From a bacterium (GTDB lineage: Bacteria; UBP15; UBA6099): a DNA stretch of 64,000 bases. This document shows positions 22,144-31,811 of this stretch, in pieces. Location of the stretch: the NCBI GenBank assembly GCA_029564595.1, contig JAKQPS010000120.1:16424-80423 (forward strand). Direction: 5' to 3'. Both the position numbers and the translations under genes were made by a program. How positions within the stretch are numbered: the first letter of the stretch is position 1; each line of letters opens with the position of its first letter. The notes under the pieces are model-generated. The model had not been told where the DNA came from. It worked only from the letters and a program-made list of their open reading frames with translations, and ran no database searches.

Positions 22144-23148
22144 TTAGAGCGGCAGCGAGACAGGCGCGACGCGGCGGGCGGATTCGTAGGCGGCGAGAGC
22201 GATTTCGAGAGCTTTGAGGCCGTCGATAGCGGGCACGGGAGCCGGGCCGCCGGCGAGGACCGCGCGGACGAAGTCGTCGATAAGCAACGCGTCCATGTTG
22301 TCGCCCCATCCCTTCCAGACCGCCATCCCCGCCCTGTCGTCGCAACAGAGAGCGTTCTGCGCGAACGCGTCAAGCTCGATCGCGCCAGCGTCTCCAAAGA
22401 TGTTTATCGTCACGTCGCCCCATGTCGGAAACGATTTCGGGCGCGACCAACTCGTGTCAATGGTCGCGAAAAAGCCCCCTTCGAACTTCACGGACAGCAA
22501 GCCCGCGTCGTCCAGCCCCAAACCCGAATGCAGGAGAGAGTTTCCGACTTCCGCGAACACCTCGACGGCGTCGGCGGCAAGAATCCAGCGGAGGACGTCC
22601 GCCACGTGGACGGTGTGGTCGATAACCGCTCCGCCGCCGGACTGCGCGGCGTCGAGGAACCAGCCGGGGGGCATGCGTCCATGGTTCGTGCAGGAGGCGG
22701 CTATCGGGCGGCCTATCTCCCCGGCCATGATTTTTTCCCTCAACCTCGCCACTGGCGGGGAATACCTAACAGGAAACGCGATGGAGAGAATCCGCCCGGC
22801 GCGCTCGAAAGCCGACATCATCGCGCGCGCGTCGGCGAGCGTGTGCGCGATAGGTTTTTCGCAGAGCGCGTGGACTCCGGCGGCGGCGCACGCCTCGGCG
22901 TCCCGGCGGTGCGCCGCGTTTTCAGAGCATATCACCGCGAAGTCAGGTTTCAGCCGGTCGAGCAGCTCCGGCAGATTGTCGTCGTAAGCCGCGCCCAGCT
23001 TTTCCGCCGCCGCGCTCCCTCGTTGCGCATCGTCATCGTACACGCCGCAGACGGAGACGTCTTCCCGCCTCGCCAGACAGTTCGCGTAACTATTGGCGTG
23101 CGGGTGAGCGAAACTTGCCATGACCGCTTTAAGTTTCAATGACGACAA
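22144..23148 (-). CDS. Gfo/Idh/MocA family oxidoreductase
   Basis: 334 aa; N-terminal Rossmann region and the EKP motif (HALCEKPIAHTLADARAM) characteristic of the family. Confidence 0.8.
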   Translation of the reverse strand: MSSLKLKAVMASFAHPHANSYANCLARREDVSVCGVYDDDAQRGSAAAEKLGAAYDDNLPELLDRLKPDFAVICSENAAHRRDAEACAAAGVHALCEKPIAHTLADARAMMSAFERAGRILSIAFPVRYSPPVARLREKIMAGEIGRPIAASCTNHGRMPPGWFLDAAQSGGGAVIDHTVHVADVLRWILAADAVEVFAEVGNSLLHSGLGLDDAGLLSVKFEGGFFATIDTSWSRPKSFPTWGDVTINIFGDAGAIELDAFAQNALCCDDRAGMAVWKGWGDNMDALLIDDFVRAVLAGGPAPVPAIDGLKALEIALAAYESARRVAPVSLPL

Positions 23149-24097
23149 CCTTTCCTTCCCTCGCGGAGCGCGCTATCGCGTCTGCGGCGGCCACCGCGAG
23201 CGCCGCTTCGTCCGCGTTTATCAACGGTTCCGCCCCGTTTTCCACGCAGTCCAAGAAATGTTCGAGTTGAAGAGCCATCGGAGATTTCGTTGTCGGGTTT
23301 TCGAGTCGCGAGCAGCCGTCGTAAAGAGAAGTCTTTAGAGCGGGTTTGGACGCGCTGTCGATGTGGAGCAAGCCCCGGTCTCCCGCAAGCTCGAACTCGT
23401 ATCTGAAACCGATGTTAGCGGCCCAGCACGCCTCGAAGTGGGCCATAGCCCCGGATTTAAATCTGAGCGTCGCCAGAGCGAAATCGAGCCCCGATGCCGG
23501 GTCGCATGCCCGCCGCGCGAACGCCCTTTCGGGCGCTCCCAGCGCCAGCAGCGCAAAATCTATGTCGTGAATCATCAGGTCGAGTATCACGCCGCCGCAG
23601 AGCGCGTCGTCGCAGTACCACGGGCGCGAGTCTGGGGGCCGATTGGTCAGCCGGCGCGCGCGCGCCACTCCCGGCGATCCGACATCCCCGTTCCTGTAAC
23701 TGTTCAGCAATGTCCGGTAGTCCGGAAAAAACCGTAGGATGTGGCCGACGAGCAGCAACCGTCCCCTTGAGGCCGCCAGCGCGGCCAGCGCCCGCGCTTC
23801 CGCGGGGTCGGCGCACAGCGGTTTCTCGCAAAACACGTGCGCCCCGGCCTCCAGAGACGCCCTGACCGCAGGCGCGTGCAGGTGCGTCGGCAGGCACACG
23901 TCCACCACGTCCGGCCTAGCGCGCTCAAGCATCTCTTCGATGGAAGCGAACGCCTTCATGCCCGCCGCTTCCGCCTCCGCGCGCCTCGCAGGGTCGGTGT
24001 CCGCCGCGAACGACGGACGCGAGCCTCCCGCAGCCGCGTATGCGTCGCGCCTGACCCTTGCCATGAATCCGTATCCGGCGAAACCTATCGTCGCCAT
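23129..24097 (-). CDS. Gfo/Idh/MocA family oxidoreductase (second paralogue)
   Basis: Start at ATG 24097 (MATIGFAGYGFMARV, GGAGGG upstream); motif HVFCEKPLCADPAEARAL; ORF-track upstream extension to 24508 is Arg-rich and implausible. Confidence 0.75.
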   Translation of the reverse strand: MATIGFAGYGFMARVRRDAYAAAGGSRPSFAADTDPARRAEAEAAGMKAFASIEEMLERARPDVVDVCLPTHLHAPAVRASLEAGAHVFCEKPLCADPAEARALAALAASRGRLLLVGHILRFFPDYRTLLNSYRNGDVGSPGVARARRLTNRPPDSRPWYCDDALCGGVILDLMIHDIDFALLALGAPERAFARRACDPASGLDFALATLRFKSGAMAHFEACWAANIGFRYEFELAGDRGLLHIDSASKPALKTSLYDGCSRLENPTTKSPMALQLEHFLDCVENGAEPLINADEAALAVAAADAIARSAREGKVVVIET

Positions 24098-24264
24098 CGC
24101 GCCCTCCGGGAGCCTTGCCGCCTCACGCCGAAATGATATGTCCGCCGCGCCGCCCTCGTCAATCTCCTGTTCAAAGCTCCGCAAAAACTGTATAATCGAC
24201 GGAACACGGCGCGGCGCCGCAAGACAGCGCGACACGCGAGGCCCGCGCGATTGAGGAGACAATA

Positions 24265-24879
24265 ATGAGCCTGACGGAAAAGTTTTACGCTGAGATAGAA
24301 ACCCTGAAAAACCATTTCGACGGCATAGACGGCAAACGGGAATGGGCGTATGTGACGGCAAGGGAGTTGCGCCGCGACTCCGTGCAGGCGGTGCGCCACA
24401 TCCACCGCGGCAGGTTCGACGAAGCCCGCGAGCTGATAGCCAAAGGCCGCGACGCCGCGGTAGAACTCGCCGCCCTCGAAAGCAGGTTCGGTTTCGCTGA
24501 AGAGGCACAACAGGAATACGCCGAAGCCGCCCTCACTCTGGCTTTCATCTCAGGACAGGAACCGCCCTCGCGCGAGGACATCGGGGCCACCGAACGCGGC
24601 TACCTCCTCGGCATGGCGGATGTCATCGGAGAGCTTCGCCGCCACATTCTCGACCTGCTCCGCAACGACCGCATCGACGAATCAATCGCCTTCATGGACC
24701 TGATGGACGACCTGCAGGGCATCCTGATGAAGTTCGACCACACGGACGCCGTGCTGCCCATGCGCCGCAAACAAGACCAGTTCCGCCCAATAATCGAACG
24801 CACGCGCGGCGACCTCACCAACATCATCTGTCAGAAAAAACTCGAACAGCGGCTCCGCGAAAGCGCTCAGCCGGAATAA
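24265..24879 (+). CDS. Translin-family-like protein (tentative)
   Basis: 204 aa all-helical; GMADVIGELRRHILDLL resembles the translin/TRAX GEL-R motif. Assignment from memory of the family. Confidence 0.5.
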   Translation: MSLTEKFYAEIETLKNHFDGIDGKREWAYVTARELRRDSVQAVRHIHRGRFDEARELIAKGRDAAVELAALESRFGFAEEAQQEYAEAALTLAFISGQEPPSREDIGATERGYLLGMADVIGELRRHILDLLRNDRIDESIAFMDLMDDLQGILMKFDHTDAVLPMRRKQDQFRPIIERTRGDLTNIICQKKLEQRLRESAQPE

Positions 24880-24939
24880 CCTCCGCATCCCGGCACAATG
24901 GATAAATCTTTTAATACTTCATATGCGCGCATGAAAAAA

Positions 24940-24975
24940 ACCGCCCCGATGTGAGTCGGGGCGGTTTTGGTTTTC
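24940..24975. terminator. Bidirectional Rho-independent terminator (A-run, ACCGCCCCGA stem, TCGGGGCGGT, T-run)
   Basis: Read directly between convergent genes. Confidence 0.7.
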
Positions 24976-25043
24976 TTAAATCCGAAATCAGCGAGTCTTC
25001 CGGGTTCTGAACGCGCTCCGCGGTTGCTCGCGCGACAGCAGGC

Positions 25044-25856
25044 TCAGGTCTTGAGGCCGCCGCTCACGTTCAGCGTCACTCCGGTCAGGTAGTCGGAGCC
25101 GGAGGTTGACAGGAAATAGACCACGCGGGCGATGTCGATGGGCGCGCCCATGCGGATTCCCATGAAGTTCATGTACATCAGGGACTGCTGGCGGTCCTGA
25201 TCGGGGATTCCGATGTCGGAGCCTTCGGGTTTTTTCTGGGTGAGGCGTGTGTCAATCCAGCCGGGAGCCACGCAGTTGCACTGCACGTTAAACATAAGGC
25301 CTTCGATGGCGACCGTCTTGGTGAGACCGACGATGCCGGATTTTGCCGCCGAGTAGTTGGCCTGCCCCTTGTTGCCGAACAGCCCCGCGACCGAGGAGGT
25401 GTTGATGATTTTGCGGGATTTTTTCTCTTTGCCGTCGGCTTTCGCCAGATCGCGCATTGCCGCCATCGCCGCCTGACAACAGAAGAACGTGCCCTTCATG
25501 TTCACGTCCACTATGAAGTCCCACATATCTTCGGACATCTTGTGGAGCATGCCGTCGCGGGTGATGCCCGCGATGTTCGCCATAACGTCCAGCCCGCCGA
25601 ACTTGTCGAGGGCGGTCTTGACCGTCTTCTGCACGTCGTCTTTAGAGGCGACGTTGCCCGCGATGGCGACGCCGTCGCTGCCCGCCTTCTTGACCAGTTC
25701 GAGCGTTTCGTTCGCCGGCTCGATGTCAAGGTCGTTGACTATGACCTTCGCGCCGCCTTCGGCGAGGGCTACCGCCACCGTCTGCCCTATACCGCGCCCG
25801 GCCCCGGTGACCACCGCTACTTTTCCATCTAATTTGAAATCATCAAGTATGGCCAT
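25044..25856 (-). CDS. SDR family oxidoreductase (3-oxoacyl-ACP reductase-like)
   Basis: 270 aa; TGAGRGIG dinucleotide motif, NIAG, and catalytic YSAAK. Confidence 0.9.
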   Translation of the reverse strand: MAILDDFKLDGKVAVVTGAGRGIGQTVAVALAEGGAKVIVNDLDIEPANETLELVKKAGSDGVAIAGNVASKDDVQKTVKTALDKFGGLDVMANIAGITRDGMLHKMSEDMWDFIVDVNMKGTFFCCQAAMAAMRDLAKADGKEKKSRKIINTSSVAGLFGNKGQANYSAAKSGIVGLTKTVAIEGLMFNVQCNCVAPGWIDTRLTQKKPEGSDIGIPDQDRQQSLMYMNFMGIRMGAPIDIARVVYFLSTSGSDYLTGVTLNVSGGLKT

Positions 25857-25974
25857 TCTTTTCCCCCTTAAACAAGCGTTATTTTAATTTGATGTTGCGA
25901 TATGAATGTTATCAGAACGGCGGCGCGGTTGTAAAGGAAAAAATTCACAAACCGGGACGCGGCGCGGACGCGAA

Positions 25975-26095
25975 TGTTCAGAAGCCGATTTTGTGTTGAA
26001 CGCAGTTCAAAAAAATCGGCGCTCCAAGAGTTTTTTTGGGAAGGGGCGCGGGGAAACCGGTTTTTGCAAAAAACGGTTGCCCCGCAAACTCATAG
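25975..26095 (-). repeat. About 120-bp repeat element, copy A (inverted relative to copy B), containing hairpin GCGGGGAAACC...GGTTGCCCCGC with TTTTTGCAAAAAA loop
   Basis: Reverse complement aligns with 28815-28935 at roughly 85 percent identity by eye; explains shared peptide strings in ORFs 25978..26694(-) and 28718..28900(+). Confidence 0.7.
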
Positions 26096-26145
26096 AAAAA
26101 AACATTGAATAGGCGGTATAATGTTGCGCGGGAGCGTGGAAGACG

Positions 26146-28683
26146 ATGGAAACAATGAAGAACAGGGCGGCTGGCGTTGCCGCCGCGATTATATTGTCGC
26201 TGTTTGTCAGTTCGGGCGCCGGCGCGGCCCCGGTGGTAAGGAAAGACAACCGGCTGTTCGCTATGGGCGCGCAGCTTGCCGTGATTTACAACATGGAGAC
26301 CGGGACGTTTGACATCGCGCGGACGAACGGCGAGGCCGTCGCGCGGGGCGCTCGCGCGGAGGTCGTCGTCACGGCGGGCGGCAAGGAATCCACTCTCTCC
26401 ACTCGCGGGGCCGCCAAACTCGGCTGGTTCTTCGAGGACATCGAAGACGCGCACGGCAAAGGAGCCTCCGTCAGCGTCACAGCCACCGGCTCCGGGTCCG
26501 ACCCTGACGTCGTTCACACTTTCCGCGTTTACGACAACCAGCCGTTCATATTGATGAGCGTCGCGGCGCAGAACGTGTCGGACAAACCCATCGGGGTCAG
26601 AAGGCTGTCGCCGATTGTGGTGGACGGAAGCGGCGAATCGGGAGTGTTCCTCGGACTTGACCCGGCGGACGTGGTGGCCCTTGAGAACGGACACAGGCTG
26701 GAGTTTGATTTCTGGGTGAGAAGGACGCGGGCCGCCGACGGGTCTGACAGCAACTGGAGCGTCGCGCTGTACGACGAGAAATCAGGACGCGCTCTGGTCG
26801 GCGGGTTCCTGTCGCAGCGCGCGGCTTTCGGCTCGGTGTCCACCGGCGGCGGCGCGGTCGAGCCTGCTTTGGACGCGCGCACCGGCAGGCGCGGACTGGG
26901 CCTGTTCCACGCCCGCTCCTCGTTCTCCCCCGCCCGCAGAGTCGGCCCGTACTCCGCGCTCGAGTCCGACGCCTTTTTTATCATGGGCGCTTGGGACGCC
27001 CCTCTCGGCGCGCTGGACGTTTTCGCGCGCGCTTCAGCCGTGGAAAACGGCGTCCCCGCTTCACTCCTCCGCCCCGTGCCGACTTTCTGGGACACTTGGT
27101 ACTCAAAATATTCAACAGACATAAATGAAAAGGTCATTCTGGATAACCTCGCCGCCGCCTCCGAAAAGCTAGCCCCGTTCGGTCTCAACGCGTTCCACAT
27201 CGACGGCGGATGGGAAAGAAAAAGAGGCGACTGGGAGCCGAATGAAAAATTCCCCGGAGGGATGAAGGCGCTGGCGGACGCGATCCGCGCGCGCGGGCTG
27301 ACTCCCTCGATATGGATCGCTCCTTTTTCGGCTGCCGCCGATTCCCCCGTCTGCCGCGACAACCCCGGCTGGTTCCTCGACCCGGACGTCATCGGCTCAG
27401 CCATCATACCGTCCAACGAGCGCGCGCTCGACATCTCCAACCCGGACGCCCTCGCTTGGATGAGCGGGACGATTTCCCGCTTGGTCCATGAATGGGGCTT
27501 CGGGATAATTAAAGTCGACTTCACCTACTATTCCCTTCTGGGAAGGAGCTACGCGGCGAAGGGCAGGACGCGCGCGGAGATATTCAGGGAAGCGTTTCGC
27601 GCCATCCGCGACGCCGCCGGGCCTGACGTTTACATACTCGCCGTCGGCGTGCCCGTCGGCATCCACGCAGGTCTGGTGGACGGCATGAGAACCGGGCTGG
27701 ACACCGCCCCGCGCATCGGAGAGGAAAAAGGTTACGCCGCGCAGGGGTTCAAACCCGCTTTCTCCTCTATGATCCGGCGGCAGTTCCTCAACAACGTCCT
27801 CTGGCACAATGACCCGGACGTCATCTACACCGGGTCGGACGAAACAGCGAAAAGGTGGGGAGAAGCCCCGCTGCCGAAGGACGCCCTGATAGCGTGGGCG
27901 AGCGCCGTCGCGCTCTCCGGCCAGATGCTTGAAATCGCCGACCCGCCCGCCGACATGACTCCCGACGCTCTGGCAATCGCCCGCGCCGTTCTACCCGTCT
28001 ATTCCAAAGGAGCGCGTCCTCTCGACCTTTTTACTAAAGACTACCCCGAAATCCTCTCCCTCCGGCTCGACGCCCCGGACTCCCCGCGCCACATCGTCGG
28101 CATTTTCAACTGGGGCGAAAACGATGACAACGGCGCGACAATATCAGCCGAAACCCGCCTCGTTCACCTGCCGTTCTCCGCTCTCGGCCTCTCTCCCAAC
28201 GCCCAGTGCCATGTTTTTGATTTCTGGAACGGCAAATATCTCGGAAATCCGAAATTCGGCCACGCCGTCCGGCTGGCCCCCCACTCCGTTCAGGTGGCGG
28301 CGGTCGTCGAGACTCTAGACAGGCCTCAGTTCATCGCCTCCAACCGCCACGTAACGATGGGCGCAACAGACATCCGCTCCGTCTCTTGGGACGAAGCCGC
28401 GCTCGAACTGCGCGGCTCTCAGGACTCCGTCGCCGGATTCGATTACGCCCTGACATTCCACACGCCTGAGCCTTACCAGTTTGACAGCGCCGAAGTCGCC
28501 GGCTCCCCGGCGGCCGCGGAGCTTTCGCCTGAAGGCAGAGTGATAACGGTGAAGTTTTCCCCCGCCGAATCCGGAAACACGAATTGGATTCTAAAATTTA
28601 AAAAAACCGGCCCTCCCGCCCCGCCTGCCCCTGACCCCCAGAACAATCAGAAAAACCAGAAAGACAAAAACAAAAAGAAATAA
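26146..28683 (+). CDS. Secreted alpha-galactosidase-like glycoside hydrolase (GH36/melibiase-like, tentative)
   Basis: 845 aa; signal peptide; TIM-barrel-like core with HIDGGWE and IIKVDF motifs resembling alpha-galactosidase catalytic regions; Pro/Lys-rich tail. Confidence 0.65.
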   Translation: METMKNRAAGVAAAIILSLFVSSGAGAAPVVRKDNRLFAMGAQLAVIYNMETGTFDIARTNGEAVARGARAEVVVTAGGKESTLSTRGAAKLGWFFEDIEDAHGKGASVSVTATGSGSDPDVVHTFRVYDNQPFILMSVAAQNVSDKPIGVRRLSPIVVDGSGESGVFLGLDPADVVALENGHRLEFDFWVRRTRAADGSDSNWSVALYDEKSGRALVGGFLSQRAAFGSVSTGGGAVEPALDARTGRRGLGLFHARSSFSPARRVGPYSALESDAFFIMGAWDAPLGALDVFARASAVENGVPASLLRPVPTFWDTWYSKYSTDINEKVILDNLAAASEKLAPFGLNAFHIDGGWERKRGDWEPNEKFPGGMKALADAIRARGLTPSIWIAPFSAAADSPVCRDNPGWFLDPDVIGSAIIPSNERALDISNPDALAWMSGTISRLVHEWGFGIIKVDFTYYSLLGRSYAAKGRTRAEIFREAFRAIRDAAGPDVYILAVGVPVGIHAGLVDGMRTGLDTAPRIGEEKGYAAQGFKPAFSSMIRRQFLNNVLWHNDPDVIYTGSDETAKRWGEAPLPKDALIAWASAVALSGQMLEIADPPADMTPDALAIARAVLPVYSKGARPLDLFTKDYPEILSLRLDAPDSPRHIVGIFNWGENDDNGATISAETRLVHLPFSALGLSPNAQCHVFDFWNGKYLGNPKFGHAVRLAPHSVQVAAVVETLDRPQFIASNRHVTMGATDIRSVSWDEAALELRGSQDSVAGFDYALTFHTPEPYQFDSAEVAGSPAAAELSPEGRVITVKFSPAESGNTNWILKFKKTGPPAPPAPDPQNNQKNQKDKNKKK

Positions 28684-28720
28684 CCCCGCCGCACAAAAAA
28701 TGTGAGAAGTTTGGGAAATG

Positions 28721-28775
28721 GGGTTTGGGGAAAGAACCCTTTTCAAAGGGTTTTTCCCCAATCGCCGAAGGCGAA
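28721..28775. repeat. Palindromic element copy C (GGGGAAAGAACCCTTTT-CAAA-GGGTTTTTCCCC)
   Basis: Read directly; same family as hairpin cores at 26046-26085, 28826-28864 and 22102-22131. Confidence 0.55.
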
Positions 28776-28814
28776 AACCTCTTATATCAGCTTTTTCGGG
28801 TTTAAGGATTCTTC

Positions 28815-28935
28815 GTATGTGTGCGGGGAAACCATTTTTTGCAAAAATAGGTTTCCCCGCGCCCCTTCCAAAAAAACTCCCGGACGCCGCTTTTCGCTGA
28901 ACTCCGTTCAACGCAAAAACCGGCTTCTTTCCATA
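28815..28935 (+). repeat. About 120-bp repeat element, copy B, with hairpin GCGGGGAAACC-ATTTTTTGCAAAAATA-GGTTTCCCCGC
   Basis: Direct alignment to reverse complement of 25975-26095; together they flank the glycoside hydrolase gene in inverted orientation. Confidence 0.7.
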
Positions 28936-29190
28936 GTGAATTCCCTACTCCCGTGTTGGCAAAAAAGACGGGTTACTTAAAACAAAACATTCAATTTGCC
29001 AAATAGGGAGCATTATGATAACATCGAAGCAAAGCATTACAAAAATCGGCAATATCTAAAAAAACAATGTTCATAAGGCCTTTTATGGATTTTGAGACTT
29101 GAAGTAACAGAATATAAGGAGCATCGTATAACATCTCGCAAGTGAGTAACGTTGATGATAACTCGTAATTGTTAGTATTATCGGAGGGCT

Positions 29191-30027
29191 ATGAAAACCA
29201 AGATAATAACATTGTCGTCTGATGTTGTTGAAAAGGCTGATTTGCTTGAATATGAGAAAATGATTTTAGATAACAAAAACATAAGTGAGCACAATGCATC
29301 CAAATTCTTTGCCAAGTTTCCAAAGTTTCTTTCAATAGGCGGCTATAAAGAATTTGCAAGAGAAATAGTATTATCTACACCTCAAAATGAACAGATGTAT
29401 CGTGTGGATTTTTGTAGGAAGCGGTACGGCACATTGTACTGGGACATAGTTGAACTTAAAAGACCCGGGATTCAGGCATTGGTAAAGAAAGGAAAACATT
29501 GGCATTTTTCTGATGCGGTGCAGAAAGGGATAGATCAATCATATGATTACAGAAATTTGATGCATGATAAAACAAATATGGAATTAACAGAGAATAAAAC
29601 GGGAATTAGAATTTACAGACCCAAGATATTGCTAATTGCTGGCAGAAAAGATAACGATATCGGGGAAGATGAATTGATTGATTTGATAGATAAATACAAC
29701 CATTTTGAGTTTTTGACTTATGACGATCTTTTTAATAGTCATACAGAACACTATAAATCAACACTGATTGTTGTCCCCGTGTTCGAAGGCGATGACATAC
29801 CGATAGAAGATTCTGGGGTTCAACTTAAAAGACATATTCAAGAAATGCTAGTTGTGTTGACAAATAAGGAAAGACGTGTTCTCGAATTAAGGTTTGGATT
29901 GATTGACGGAATACCGCGTGATTGCGAAACGATAGCAGAATCAATGAATGAAAATCCAAGCAATATAAGAAAGATTGAATCAAAAGCTTTACGCAAGCTT
30001 AGGTTTCCTCCAACTACCAGACTTTAA
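29191..30027 (+). CDS. Two-domain protein: N-terminal Shedu/DUF4263-like PD-(D/E)xK nuclease-like domain fused to C-terminal sigma-70 region-4 HTH
   Basis: 278 aa, AT-rich codons, GGAGG before ATG. N-terminal FFAKFPKFLSIG...RVDFCRKRYGTLYWDIVELKRPG...QKGIDQSYDY fits D...E-x-K...Q nuclease signature; C-terminal LTNKERRVLELRFGLIDGIPRDCETIAESMNENPSNIRKIESKALRKLR is a near-textbook sigma-70 region 4.2. Confidence 0.6.
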   Translation: MKTKIITLSSDVVEKADLLEYEKMILDNKNISEHNASKFFAKFPKFLSIGGYKEFAREIVLSTPQNEQMYRVDFCRKRYGTLYWDIVELKRPGIQALVKKGKHWHFSDAVQKGIDQSYDYRNLMHDKTNMELTENKTGIRIYRPKILLIAGRKDNDIGEDELIDLIDKYNHFEFLTYDDLFNSHTEHYKSTLIVVPVFEGDDIPIEDSGVQLKRHIQEMLVVLTNKERRVLELRFGLIDGIPRDCETIAESMNENPSNIRKIESKALRKLRFPPTTRL

Positions 30028-30077
30028 GAAGTTCTTGGAAAGAAACAATTAGAGTGAATCCGAGATTGTTGTCTGTA

Positions 30078-31610
30078 TTATCGCCGGGCAGGCGATTTCT
30101 TGTCGTAAAATAGTTGCACTACTTTTTCCATTCGGGAAATTTCATTATCCGAAAGAGCCTCGAAATGGCTTGCTCGTTTCCGCCCTGAGAGTCTGCCATT
30201 GTTTTGCAGACAAAAGCGGATGAAAATGTCGATTTGCCTGTCGGGCATATCCACAATCTCCTGTATAGCTTTCTTGGTTTCATCGTAATTTGCTAGGAAT
30301 AACAATTCACCCGCCAGTTCAGTATCAATAGTCTTCTCAATGAACAGAAACAGCGCTTCTGCTTGCGGAGTCATATCAATATAGCGGTACCATTTAACCG
30401 TATCATTATGGACGGTCATACGGCCATCTTCATCAAGAGAGTATTCCACTAATGGCATTAGACGCTTTGAAAACGATTCCAAAGAAGCATCATAGTCGGC
30501 GGGATTCTTCAACATGGATGCCGACACCGGGAACATGATGCCTTCGGGTGTAAAACCGCGGCGAGCAAGAATGTTATGGATCAGAAACCGGTGAATTCTA
30601 CCATTGCCATCCTCGAACGGATGCAGAAAAACAAATCCATATGAAACGACGGCGGCGTGAATCACGGCGGGAACATTGCCCTCGTCCATGAACTTGAAGG
30701 AAATCTCTAAGCCTTCCATAAGGTCAGGCAGATTTTCAGGTTTTGGACATGCGAAGTGTATCTTTTCATTTTGCCAAGCGACCGACTCCCCCACATAATT
30801 CTGTGTGCGCCGGTAGTCGGAATCACGGAACCGCGCATCGACAATGCGATTCTGAAGCTCTATCAAACTCTTTTTATCATAAAAATCTTTTTGCTCCGCC
30901 AGTTGAAGCAGAGAAACAAATCTTTCCGTCTTATTTGAAGTGGGATTGATGTGTTCTATCTCGAAGGAAGATTTAGTTTCTTTGGCGTAGAGATAACCAA
31001 GAGCGCGCTTTAGCATTTCCGGAGGATAGGCTGATACAACTTGGCGGCATCTATCGGGAAGGTTTGTTTTTTCGAAGTCGCGAAGGATATCTGTGCGACG
31101 AACCGAAGGACAGAACTGGTGATTTCCCAATAAATTATCATTGATTCGTTGGCGACGGACTATGCGGGCTGGAGAAACCGTATAGTATTCTGATGATTCT
31201 AGCAGATCGACATAGTTGCCCCTCTTCAAGTCGGCTAACGGGAGTTTTTTGCCTGTGAGAAACTCGTATAGGAACCATAGTCGCCTTACGTACTTGCCAC
31301 TAGGTTTGGACTGCGCATATTCGAGAAAATCTTTTTCTTCTATTTCTTGAAATAAACTGGCTAGTATCGCAAGGTTCGTGCCGTCATACTTAAGCGCGAA
31401 TTCAAGATGATCTCCCAGCATATCCCCGGGCCAATACTTAAGCGGAAAAACTTCCTCAATCACGCCGCCGGAAGAATCAACTTGATGTATTCCGGAGTTA
31501 ATGACAAAGGAAATATGCCAATTTGGGATGACATCAAGGTCGTACCGCTCGACAAGCGCCGCATATCCTGCGGGTCTGCGGGTCGATTCGTCTTTGTCTT
31601 TTTCAGACAT
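30078..31610 (-). CDS. Fic family protein (AMPylation/phosphocholination-type Fic/Doc enzyme)
   Basis: Start at ATG 31610 (MSEKDKDES) behind GGAGG; canonical Fic motif HPFEDGNGRIHR; SFEIEH segment about 100 aa upstream could be an inhibitory-helix-like motif. ORF-track start 31664 lacks RBS. Confidence 0.85.
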   Translation of the reverse strand: MSEKDKDESTRRPAGYAALVERYDLDVIPNWHISFVINSGIHQVDSSGGVIEEVFPLKYWPGDMLGDHLEFALKYDGTNLAILASLFQEIEEKDFLEYAQSKPSGKYVRRLWFLYEFLTGKKLPLADLKRGNYVDLLESSEYYTVSPARIVRRQRINDNLLGNHQFCPSVRRTDILRDFEKTNLPDRCRQVVSAYPPEMLKRALGYLYAKETKSSFEIEHINPTSNKTERFVSLLQLAEQKDFYDKKSLIELQNRIVDARFRDSDYRRTQNYVGESVAWQNEKIHFACPKPENLPDLMEGLEISFKFMDEGNVPAVIHAAVVSYGFVFLHPFEDGNGRIHRFLIHNILARRGFTPEGIMFPVSASMLKNPADYDASLESFSKRLMPLVEYSLDEDGRMTVHNDTVKWYRYIDMTPQAEALFLFIEKTIDTELAGELLFLANYDETKKAIQEIVDMPDRQIDIFIRFCLQNNGRLSGRKRASHFEALSDNEISRMEKVVQLFYDKKSPARR

Positions 31611-31619
31611 GACTTCCTC

Positions 31620-31811
31620 CAGAAAAACGCTTACAACACGAGAATTATAGTTATATTTTAGCATGTGGCAAGAAAAACAGTTACGGCGGCAAATGCTGTA
31701 AGCTTCTTAGTCTGACAAGAAAAACGCTTACAAGGCAAGAAAAACGCTTACATAACAGCCTGCGACAAGAAAAACGCTTACAACGCGGCCTGTGGCAAGA
31801 AAAACAGTTAT
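31620..31811 (+). repeat. Array of six direct repeats CAAGAAAAAC(G/A)(C/G)TTAC (iteron-like) upstream of the Fic gene
   Basis: Copies at 31620, 31669, 31717, 31736, 31766, 31796 read directly; first copy degenerate; spacings 19-48 bp. Confidence 0.8.

Noticed and set aside
22078-23142. 354-aa plus-strand ORF across the first oxidoreductase gene
   Set aside because: Antisense shadow; the minus-strand gene has the Gfo/Idh/MocA motif and a terminator hairpin after its stop.
24098-24508. Upstream extension of the second Gfo/Idh/MocA ORF
   Set aside because: Extension is Arg/Cys-rich and overlaps the divergent promoter region; internal ATG 24097 has an RBS and gives a protein starting at the Rossmann fold.
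31611-31664. N-terminal extension of the Fic ORF (MLKYNYNSRVVSVFLEEV)
   Set aside because: No RBS at 31664, whereas ATG 31610 has GGAGG 5 nt upstream; the extension overlaps the first direct repeat and is more likely promoter sequence.
31620-31811. Direct repeat array considered as a CRISPR array
   Set aside because: Repeat unit is only 16-17 bp, spacers are irregular (about 2-32 bp) and no cas genes are nearby.
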